Assembly: GCA_011109175.1 (NCBI GenBank)
Contig: RDEW01000020.1
Span: 800,514 to 864,513, forward strand
Length of the DNA: 64,000 nucleotides
DNA from: Dicyema japonicum
Taxonomy: Eukaryota; Animalia; Dicyemida
Direction: 5' to 3'
Position numbers and translations under genes: made by a program. Positions 49,094-60,159 of this stretch are shown piece after piece. The notes beneath the pieces are model-generated. The model did not search any database. It was not told the origin of the DNA and saw only the letters and a program-made list of their open reading frames with translations. Within the stretch, counting starts at the first letter, position 1. The number at the start of each line of letters is the position of its first letter.

Positions 49094-49619
49094 ACTAATT
49101 ACGATCAATTAAACTACTTCGAAATATATATAATCAATTGATTAATTAATAATATATAAATATTCAATTTATTAATTTTTTTGTATATTATTTGTTTTAT
49201 CTTTGTGATATAGCAGTAAACACAGAAAAGGGAAGAAAATGACCCAGACTTTTTGAGATCCTTAACTATTGGCCAACCAAAGAGATTGTCACCAACAATT
49301 GTGATTTTTGCTCCCCATGTGGGCTATAAATATTATGGCTCTGGTGAAAGCGCTTATAATAAAGCACGTCCTTTGTGTATAAACGCTGATCTTATGGAGC
49401 ACTCTAACTTATATTCTACTTTAATGTTCAGGGAATTTCAACTTTCAAAAATATGAGCATAAAGTAAAAAAGATTTTTAAAATATTAAAAATTGAAAGAT
49501 TCGTATGATTTTCCTGTGTTAGTTAGATTACAATTGAAAGTCACTTTCAAGGCTTACTCAGGCCACATTTTATTGTTTTATAACCACAGCATATGTTCTT
49601 ATATAGTGGTTATAAAAAA

Positions 49620-49710
49620 GCCGGGTGGTATAGTGGTTAGGTGTGTGTTCTGCCTATGCAGAGCTATAAATACTATGGTTCTCGTGAAAAGGCTTTATTA
49701 TTTTATTTTC
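49620..49710 (+). mobile_element. Minimal SINE1 derivative (tRNA-like 5' end fused to tail)
   Basis: GCCGGGTGGTATAGTGGTTAG directly followed by gtgtgtgttctgcctatgcagagct...cgtgaaaaggctttatta. Confidence 0.55.
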
Positions 49711-49929
49711 TTATAAAAATATTGTTTTTGAACTATTTAGTACTCCTATTCAGATTGGGTCATAGACAGCACTTAGAAATTAACATACTCAGTTCAGACT
49801 TCACATACTTCAATATAAAATTTTCTCAGTAAATGCCATATGTGAGGTAATGTTGATAGTTTTTATAAACGTTCGATTTCTCTAATAGGCTACGATTTAT
49901 GAAGACGGTTGGTGAGTCCAAAATTTCTC

Positions 49930-50125
49930 CCCCAAAAAATTGCATTCGATATAAATAAAATTATCTCAGCTTCGCTAACGTGTAGGAAGCTTTAAAAACT
50001 GAGTAACGATGCCATCCCATGTCATTGCATAATGAATATATCGATTTTGATTCATTATTCCCAATTTATCTGTGAACGGACAATGCTCCTCAATCTCCAC
50101 AGCCTTAAAACGCCCTTGGTTAGTC
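49930..50125 (-). mobile_element. R4/Dong-like RLE fragment
   Basis: TNQGRFKAVEIE...DKLGIMNQNRYIHYAMTWDGIVTQ. Confidence 0.75.
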
Positions 50126-50279
50126 TTTCAGATAAAACTAGTAGATTACAATATAATGGTGTAACAAACTTATTTAGGAACTATGAAAGTAGATTACAGA
50201 TATAATGGTGTAGCAAACTTATTTAATTTGGAGCAAAGTGGATAAGGTGACATCCCAGACTAATGATTTTGTGTGAATA

Positions 50280-52510
50280 TGGGAAAAGCGTCATTCCATC
50301 TGGTCATTTGCCATCTCGTCGATCTAGTCTAATAGGCTCAAGTTAATCTGGGAAGCCTGCTGTTTCTAGGGTTCGCAGAATAACATTATTAAATGCGGCG
50401 TGATGAGGTGAGCGACCTGCACCTTTTGCAAGACGGAGGATGTAGTTTTTTGGGTTTAACTATTTCTCCAAAAAAGCATCTTCGTATCTGGCAGACGTCA
50501 AGTCCCACTCGTTGTGTAATTCCGATTTGCATACAGGCTTCGTCTATAAGAGTTCCGAAAAAAGCAGATGGAAATGCGTGGAACCATGCACCACTATACA
50601 GGAAAGCCGGTGTTGCTTCGCCTCTTGCTTTAGGCTATCAACGATAGCTTTGCAAGAATTTGCCTCCTATTAGTTCTGATTTAAGACATCATCTGGGATT
50701 GGAAATTCTGCTTCTTTCCACTTCAAGCAAGCTTCATCAAAAACTGTGCTTTGATTTTTTATGTTGACCTCAAGGCTGGGATCATGTAAGGAAGGTTCCA
50801 AGTGGGATAGACTATTATAAATATTTCTCCGTGTCCCTCCAATTGTTCCAGAGGTTGAATTCAGTATCGACGAAACGAACGACTTGATCGATCGTCAATG
50901 CAAAGAGGAGTGCTTCTAAAGGGTCTCCTTGCTGTACTCCGTACTGCAACTTCATGATCTTATCCCCGAAAAACAGAGAGGAATTTGATCCGTATGAAGA
51001 TTGACAAACGAAATGAGCTCAGATGCTCGTTTGATGGATACTTCAATGATACAATCTATCCTTAACGAATTGAAGGCATTAGTGATGTCCAGCTTTAACA
51101 CGGATTATTTTGGTTTTCTTGTGAGAAACACATCGTTGCGTGCACTGAGGCTTCGCATCCGTTACGTAAGCCTACACACAGTTAGATTGGGGGTAATTTC
51201 ACACTGATCTTTGAAGAGACAAGCCTGGAAGCAATTTTCGCAGCTAATCTTTAGAAATAGTCACCAACACTAATAGGACGGATGCCTCCATCAATCTTTT
51301 TGGTGGGCGAAAAAAAAAGGTCTCGTGTATGTGATGGAATATCCCCATTGATTATACTGTAGATAAGATTGGTGATCAGCTTTACGAGATTATGTCAAGC
51401 CTCAGCTGTAGGACCAGACGTCAGATCTCTGATACAGCCCGGACGCAGTCTATCCAATGCTCCGCTGCTACTGGCGGCAAACGATGGAATCCCAAGTCTC
51501 ACATCTCTCTCGTCGATAGATGTTTTTAGAGTGGTTTCAAGAGTAGTAGATATGCAAAGGTCATTCAGGAGGTTGTAATGTTTTCTCCTTAGATTCTCAA
51601 GAACAGTCGGGGACGGAGAAAGGACTGTATCGTTCGAAGCAACCACCCGTAAAGCTGCTCGGATATCACTTAGAAGTTTTCGATTCAACCTATCTTTAAG
51701 TTTGTCAGGAATGGGCGGTGGTTTGGCTGAGGGTTTACATATTTGAGGGACATGAATGTTGGTGAGGTTTTGAATGTTAAACGTATATGCACTTCCAGAA
51801 CGTATGGCTTCAGTTCGGCTGTAGTCATTTTCCGTAGATTCATTGATGGAGATACCAAAAGCGAGAGTAGCAAAGCTCAGTAGTCTTATCCAAGAACATT
51901 CACAGTTCGATGTGAGTGTATCGTCAATAAGTAAAGCGGCAGGGATCCAAACAGCCTTTAAAATCTTCAGTGGTATTTTCCTGGATTTCGCATGCTGGAT
52001 ATGTTTAAGAAGATCGAGTAGGAGTCAGAGATTAGCTGCTCTAGAACGGGTCTGATTTATTGGTAAGTTCTCTATGGGGGTCCATTGTTTATTTACTTTG
52101 CCCAATGCCATAAAGAAAAAGCTCCCCGCAAGATTTACTCATTATCACACAGCTTAAGGGGTGGTAATCGTTGCAACATGAGCATTTTATACCACATTTC
52201 CTATTGTTCTTATATCCGCATATTATGCACGTCAGGAACTGGCGTCTCAGGACTATCTTTTCATTCTTTTCTTCCACCACAGGTATCCGTGAAAAGATAA
52301 TATTCTGATTTTGCTTCTTGTTGCAAAGTATGCATAGAGGCTTCCGCGACGTGCACGATGAAAAAAGGGCTGGATTTCCCGTGCAGTCAGACACTGCGGC
52401 AGTTCCAGTGAGGAAGGCATTTCACTGCGACTTTTGTTAGTTGTGCAAGCATTGCAGATAGAACAACAAACATCCCACTTCCTGTCGTCTTTTGGCACAA
52501 CCATGGCAAA
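50280..52510 (-). mobile_element. Long CRE-like element with Cys-rich N-terminus and RT, degraded
   Basis: SGALDRLRPGCIRDLT; GGIRPISVG; LDITNAFNSL; YGVQQGDPL; HAFPSAFFGTL. Cys/His-rich peptides at 52089-52504. Confidence 0.8.
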
Positions 52511-53699
52511 CTAAAGGTCACTGGTAATTAAAATAAATTTAAGTATAAATATTTCATAATTTACCTTTTTTTAAAAGGAGAATGGTCTAGAAGCGATTAG
52601 TAATTTTGATTTAATTGTGTTTTCCGTAAAAATAAAACTCCGTCTTTCATAATTTAAAAAATTCACTAATTAAAAATTTGCCCTCGTTAAGAAACACCGC
52701 TGTATATAATCATCAATAATATTTAAAATATTAATATTTTTTAAATATCAAAAATAAAATAAAATTCATTGTTTTAAATTAAAACGTGCTTTTTGTCTAG
52801 TTGTGTTTTTAGTGAGCATTACAAGCCCCCTCGGCTCTGCCAGAGGATTATCCAATGCTGACATTAATAATAGCTGATGTAATCATGCTATAACATTCAT
52901 TACAACAAGAGTCACACTCACGTGTTTCTGTACTACATCTGGTTTTGAGAGGTCCTTTGGACTATTCTCTTTATTGGCCTCAATGCCTTCCTATTTATAA
53001 TTTGTTTAAAGGTTATACACACGCTAATGTTTATGGGTGCACTATTTTCTCATTTTACATGGGGGTCGTAAAGTGAAAGTTGTCGAATTTTAAAAATTCC
53101 TCGTGAGGAATGGCAATTAGTCTTTGATTTTTAGTTAATCTTTCATTGCAAAGAAAACATCAAATGTGAAGCAACTGTTTAGGGCATAAATGTCTGAGGG
53201 CACTGATCCAATTTCAGCAATGTCCGAAAGCTGAAGTTTCGCCCAAGAGACCCATAAGTGAAATCCCTTTTTATAAAAATTTTTCTAGGAATTGATTACC
53301 CAAATTAGAGTGGTCCACTTGGGTTTACAGATATAAGGATTCCGACTCTTAAAATCCCGTTCAANAATTGCGGCAATGTCCGAAAGCTGAAGTTTCGCCC
53401 AAGAGACCCATAAGTGAAATCCCTTTTTATAAAAATTTTTCTAGGAATTGATTACCCAAATTAGAGTAATCCACTTGGATTTACAGATATAAGGATTCCG
53501 ACTCTTAAAATCCCGTTCAAATACGTCAAACTTGATTCACTTAAAGGATCTATGTTGCGATGATAGTCGTACAGTCTTGCACCCCCAGGTGACCTCAAGG
53601 AGTTAACAGGCGTTATCTATGCTGGACAAGGAACATGTGATAATCTATGATGGCAACAATCAGTATATGAAATGGAAATATCTAAAGAAGATATAAAGG

Positions 53700-54270
53700 A
53701 CAACCCTCTGCGTTCAGGAGTTCAAAATCCATTCATGGGTTCGTCGACATTGTTTTTTTTGAGGGGTTCCGAAAGTCATGGGTTCATCTAAATTATTTAT
53801 TGAAGCATATCTACCAAATGGGACAAACAAGTGTTCAATACTTTCTTCTCTTATGATACTCAGCTTGTTTAGAAGCATGACCTGGGTCCTAGACTGAAAT
53901 GGAAAAATTCTTCGGAGAGTATGCATCAACACATGTAGTCTCCCAAACGAGGTTCCGACCATTAGCAAAAGGGAATGTTGTCATCCCGTCGGAGCGTTTG
54001 CTATCCTCTCAGGTGAGACCAGTCGGCACCAAAATGCAGATGTGGGCAATAAGGAGAGTGCGTTTTTCAACATCACGCTAGGCATGGCTTGGGAGATATC
54101 CTTATGGAGAAACAATGGGACTCTTGGGCGACTCAATCGCTTTGAGGCGTTCTCCGAGATATTTGATATTACAATCTTCTCAAGGCTGGGAGATCCTAAA
54201 AAGCTGTGTTGGTTTTGTGAACGTCTAGGAATTGCCATCGTCCGAAGCAATGCCAACTGTCTATACTAGT
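53700..54270 (-). mobile_element. CRE-like RLE fragment
   Basis: DSKRSDGMTTFPFANGRNLVWETTCVDAYSP. Confidence 0.8.
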
Positions 54271-54399
54271 CGACAATATTGTGAAAACCAAACCTGGACT
54301 AAAAGAATACATGTCCATAAATTCCATGCATAGGACACGTGTTTATGGGTTCTTTGTCTTTCGATCGTATGAGATTCCTGTCTAGAACAGGTAAAAAAT

Positions 54400-55110
54400 A
54401 CCACAAACTTTTCTTCTGTTCAAAGATCGGTGATGGTCACATTGAAGGCGGATGACTTCCTGGGAGTATTGAACATTACACGCTGACCTCGAGAGAACAC
54501 GAAACTGTTTATTTTTTGAATCCAGGTTACGTTTTTTGACGGACAAGTTCATGTTAAAAATCACCCCAAGGATATTTGAGATCTTCTAAACAGGATAACA
54601 CCATTGTTTATTTCCAAATAGACCGTCCGCCTTCCCATAATTTTGTCTGATGTGAAAAGAGTTGTGGCTGACTTCTTACTGTTGGTCGACAGGCGGTTTT
54701 CCACAACCATTCGTTAAGACGGTACAGGTTTCGTTGCAATCTTGAAGCACCAGCCTGGATGTCGCTAAAACTATGATGATGTCGTCAGCATAAGTAAGAA
54801 GAATATCATTTTCGACTTCCAGGGTGGGGATAACGACCATGAATAGATTAACTGCTAAAAGGTAACAAGGGGATCTTTGGGGAACACCATTCGGAAGAAA
54901 TCAGAAAATAGATTTTGACTGTCCAATGCAAGCACATCCCCTTTGACCACTAATGAAGTTAGCTAACCAGAGTTTAAGGTTCTTGTCTGGAAAATTGATA
55001 AAGTAAGAACCCCCCTCGACAGTGAGTCGAAAGTCTTGTAAGGAAAAAACTAATTTCTCCATATTTTCAAAATCAAAAAGAGTAACGCGACCGGTCTATA
55101 TGAACCAGGT
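54400..55110 (-). mobile_element. I-group LINE RT fragment
   Basis: NGVPQRSPC; DILLTYADDIII. Confidence 0.7.
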
Positions 55111-55369
55111 CCTTCTTTTTTCCAAGTTTCAGAAAAGAAACTATTAATTAATTTTGCCAATAAATTGTAGTCTTTAAGAATTAAGTGATCCCCGCCTCCA
55201 ACATATCTTGAATTCTCTTCGAATGCTCCGCCAGTGAACCAACAGTGTTTCTGTAGTGTCTTCTTTTATTTCTGCAGATGAATTCTATCAGAGTGCACAT
55301 TTTTAATGCCGATCTGAATTCCTCCGCATGAACCACCCTCTTTCTGAATGAGTTTCCTAGCTAAATTTT

Positions 55370-56745
55370 TTTATTTATTTAACCCAAGACCACGGTAAAA
55401 CAAAACTAATTATCACGTTATCTCGATGCATTCTAACAGAGACCTCATCTTTGCCTGTTGTTCTTCCTTCGTGCCCGCGCATAAACGTACAGGCTGCCTG
55501 AATTTTCAGGGCCAACTTCCCGTGATTTGGAGTCTAGTCTCATAAGGGCCTCCAGAAACGTAGGTCCGGCTCGATGATCTTCACCAATCCAACGCTCCGT
55601 TACTCTGTAAGCCCTCTTTTGCATTTTCTCAATTTTCCTCATATTTGTCCAAGATATGGACAGACCCCACGAGGCGCATGCATATGAGAAACATGGCTCG
55701 ATGTATTGTTTGTATACGTTCATCAAGACTGGGTGAGTACCACTCTTCCATATTCCCGATAAACTATTCAATACGTTCAGTTTTTTCTCGCATTTCAATA
55801 GAATGTTTTCTACGCGAGATGTTAAACAGAGATGCATATCAATTGTTACACCCAAGATCCTTTGACATCTGTAGAAAGGGATGCCTACCTTGTTTAACTT
55901 CAAGGTGACTGTCTTCCTTCCCAATCTTTTGTCCGAGGTAAATAGTGACATAGACGACTTCTCTACATTCACTACGAGCCGGTTTTCCATTATTCAGGAA
56001 TTAATCTTGTCCAGGTTAATTTGTGTTCTTTCTGTGGCCTTCTGGATGTCCTGATCTCGCGAAGCCAACGCAATATCATATGCATAGGAAAGTAGAACAT
56101 CATTATCAGATTCAAGACTCGGGATATCAGCCAGAAAGACGTTAAACAAAGCAAGGGATAAAGGCGATCCTTGAGGGACTCCGTTTGGGAGGAGCAGTGA
56201 GATCGATTTCAGACCTCCGAGGCAAACACGTCTCCTTCGTCCACTTAGGAAGTTAATAATCCAAAGCTTTAGCTTCCCAGGGATCTCCGATTGAAATATT
56301 TTTCTCAATAGAATCTTCCTCGAGACTGAGTCAAAATCCTTATGTATGTCGATCGAGCAGAGCACTGTTTTAAAGTGTCTCGACTTGGTTGTGAATCCGA
56401 CTCGAATGAATTTGGTCAATGTTTGCAAGTATGTAGAAGTGGATCTCTCATTTTTGAATCAATGTTGAAAATTCTTTTCTGGTAAAAATTCTTTTATTCT
56501 CCCGAGCACAAGCCTCTCCATAATTTTTGACATTGAACATAGCAGTGACACCGGTCTATAAGACGCTGGGTCCTTTCGAATTTCCTGGTTTCAGTTCTGG
56601 CCGTATTAGAACCTGTTTCCATAACAACGGTATCACATTCTGATTATTCGAATGGTTGAATATAGACGTTAGGAAAGTGATTCCTCCATCTCCAAGGTTT
56701 TTTAATAAGATAACAGGAATGTTTACACATAAATTACACATTGTA
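55370..56745 (-). mobile_element. I-group LINE family A (RT and 3' end), lightly disrupted
   Basis: [38 protein letters not shown]; tail gggttaaataaataaaaaaa. Confidence 0.9.
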
Positions 56746-56832
56746 GTTTTTTAATAATATTGATTTGTTTCTATACAGTTAGAAATTTAATATTTAATTT
56801 CTTATTTTTAAATTAAAAGGCGCGATTCTCGA

Positions 56833-59182
56833 ATGGTTGCCTTTGTTGTAAATAAATTTAGTATAAATCCGACACAAAAATACTTCGGGGTCCTATAGAA
56901 GTATCAGTAAATTTTATAATTAGAAAATAAATAACATAAATAAACCATTCAAACTCCCTATAGCGAACTACATACCTTGTGAAAGGCATCAAAGAGGACT
57001 TGGCTTACGTAGAGACTTAATATGTGGTTCTCTTTACGATCCATTTGAAGAAAATGCTCTAGTTTTGTATTCTCCCCCAACACTTACTCAAGAGGAAACT
57101 CTTAGACTCGATAAGTTTGTAATTTTGTTTAATTGAGAAATAAACGGAAGGTACATGTGGTGGTAGATCCCATATTTTCTAATATCCTGCGACCTCACCA
57201 AAGAGAAGGAATCAAGTTTATGTACGACTCTGTAACTGGAGTCAGACTGGCTGATTATTACGGCTGCATAATGGCTGATGAAATGGTTTGTGCTGCAAAC
57301 TTAGTATTAGGGACTTGGGAAGACTCTCCAGTGTATTTGCCTCATTTGGACTCTCATAGTACCGTTTACTTAACAATTCAGAACCAAGGACCTGAATCCA
57401 GTCCCCTCGTTAAGAAAGTAGTCGTCGTTACTCCGAGCAGTCTTGTAAAGGTTGTTTTATGATTGTTAGTAGAACTGGCAAAATGAATTCGGAAAATGGC
57501 TTGGAGACAAAATCAACGTGTTGGCCATTGACGGGGGAGGCAAGGACTCCGTAGAATCTAATCTTGGTAAATATAAGTTCAAACCTTTCAAGGTCAATTC
57601 ACTGTCACGTGCAGACGAAATCCCTCTGTTTTGATTATCTCCTATGAGACCTTTCGACTCCACAGTAAACCACTGACAAATTCCGTGGGATTGCTGATTT
57701 GTGATGAGGTTCACTAACAACTTACTCTAAGGGGCACAGATTGAAAAACTGTCAGAATCAGATTTATAAGGCCCTGATGAGTTTGAATGTTCAGAGACGG
57801 ATCCTTCTGTCTGGGACTCCCATTCAGAATGACTTACTTGAGTACTTCTCTCTTCTAAATTTTGTAAATCCTGGAATTTTAGGTTGGATTTGGCTAATTT
57901 TAGGCTCGGCCGCTGAATTCCACAAAAAATTTGAGAATCCTATCCTTCGTGGCAGAGATATTGATGCCTCAGAAATTGATAGACAGATGGGTGATCAACA
58001 GCAATGTGAGCTTATCGACACTGTTAGCACATGCATAATACGGAAAACAAGTGACCCGCTGACTCATTACTTGCTTTTTAAAAGTCTTTCAGGCATTTAT
58101 AATTAAAGGAGAGCACGTGATTTGTTGTGCATTGACCGCCCACCAAAAACAATTATACTCTAATCAGGATGAATCTGCCAATTCTGAATCAGTGCACATG
58201 GGCTCTCTTGCCTTGATTACGACCCTCAAGAAGCTATGCAATCGTATGCATTTGAATAACTGTTAGATCCATCACTCCTGGAGACAGAAAATTCCGTATT
58301 TGACCATAGACATTCTGGTTGGGGGTCTTCTTTATTATAGGAAAGTTTATTGTATTGAATAGTCTTTTGAGGACCATAAAATCAACGACAGACGATAAGG
58401 TTGTGCTCATATCGAACTACACGCAGACGATTGATCTCTTTGAGAAACTATGTGCTGAGAATCAGTACTATTGGCTCATCACAGTAGTTATTCCTTTATT
58501 AGACTTGACGGGTCCCTTACTTCTAGAAAACGATTTAAACTGGTGGACGAATTCAGCAGCTCTGATGTATTTGTGTTTGTCATGTGATAGGACACTACTT
58601 TTGTGTTCATGCTGAGTAGTAAGGCAGGGGGATGTGGATTAAACCTTATATCGGCTAATAGACTTGTAATGTTTGATCCTGACTGGAATCCCGCCAATGA
58701 TGATCAGGCTATGGCCAGAATATGGAGAGATGGACAACGGAAGGAGTGCTTCATTTATAGACTCATTGCTGTTTGTTGTGCGTTTATTGACAGACTGGGA
58801 CTATTGAGGAGAGGATTCTTCAAAGACAAGCTCATAAGAAGGCATTAAGTGACTGTGTGGTGGATCAGGAGGAGGTTGAGAGATATTTCAGTTTGGATGA
58901 TTTAAGGGAGATATACTCCCCCGTGTCTACCTCACTTTGTGATACTCATGATATGTTGACTGTGCTATATATATTAGATTTAACTGTAGGAGATGTGTTG
59001 GGACTATTCAACATACGCTTCCGGGAGTCGATACTAATTGTTCCTCTGATCTTTCCAATTGGCATCATTGTAGTGATTCCAAACAAATTGATGACTTTGT
59101 TTTGAGGAAAGTGTTCTCTATTGGTGTGATAACATTTGTTTTTTGGCATTATTCTCATATTAAACAAAGAGTCACAGTTTAA
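56833..59182 (+). CDS. RAD54: DNA repair and recombination protein RAD54 (SNF2-family ATPase), 657 aa, 16 introns
   Basis: Spliced peptides [93 protein letters not shown] and RQAHKKALS. 2350 nt minus 376 nt of introns gives 1974 nt (658 codons). Confidence 0.96.
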
Positions 59183-59559
59183 TATATTTTAATAAATTTT
59201 TAATTTTTTTATTCATCAGACAAAAGTTCCAGGAAACAGCTGTCAAAATAATAGACGACGGCTATTCAAAAACATTCACCTAACCAACGCCGATCACGAA
59301 GATCCTCCATCTTTAAGGAGATTGCTTCGAATTATATCCTTTGTACTTTTTGCAGCATTGTCGAGTTGATAGCGATTTTACCTTTAGAATTCTAGGACTA
59401 GTACGATGACTATCAACCACGACAAGTGACTGATTAATGTGGGAACTAGAATTCGCCACGTCTTCCCAATAGCTGCTAGTCTCCCATACGTTGGTGATGT
59501 CAGGGTAACCTAAATAAAGATACTTCCCGTTTCGAATCTGACTGATGCCCATTCCTACT

Positions 59560-59780
59560 GAAAGTTCCATTCATCTATGATGTTCACTGGCTTGACGAAT
59601 AACGGTGTCATCATTGAACATTTCTCTGCGGAATCGGATCGTCTATAAAGGACTTACACCCAACAAATAGAAGTGAAGGGTATTCCTTGGTTGTCTACGA
59701 TTAGTTATCATAACTTTTTACTTAAATAAAGTGTGCGTCCTGCATTGGTAGAAATATGCTAATAAGACTATGTAAAGTGC
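59560..59780 (+). mobile_element. SINE family 1 copy
   Basis: tggcttgacga...gtcatcattgaac...ctgcggaatcggatcgtc...aataaagtgtgcgtcc. Confidence 0.7.
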
Positions 59781-60159
59781 AGTATTATTATAAAATGACT
59801 AGTGGTATATAAAACAAAATATTAATCTTCAAATCTTTCCGAAATAGTTCGGATAGTTTTCAGAATTTAGCGGCGATGGAGTGAATTACAGTAGAAAGGT
59901 AAGAAATATTTTTGCACCTACAACAGGTTCTTTAAAAAAAATGTTTGTGTAAACACTCATATTTTTAATTTCGTAATTATCAATTTTTTCATTTACCGCG
60001 ATTAATTTGTTTGTATTAAATTTTTTTGCGCAATTTGACTTTTATTAAACATTATTAAAAAGTTATTAAACATTTTGACAGTTAAAAACCAAGTCGGAAA
60101 ACCCTTAACTGTATAAAGAAAAATTCCTTTATATATTTTTTTAAAAACTCATTTATGTA

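Noticed and set aside
59313-59570. 85-aa minus-strand ORF downstream of RAD54
   Set aside because: Begins within a SINE copy and has no recognisable domain.
59870-59940. AAG|GTAAG followed by ATTTTTG as a spliced-leader RNA gene
   Set aside because: Only short motifs in AT-rich DNA, with no supporting stem-loops and no second copy.
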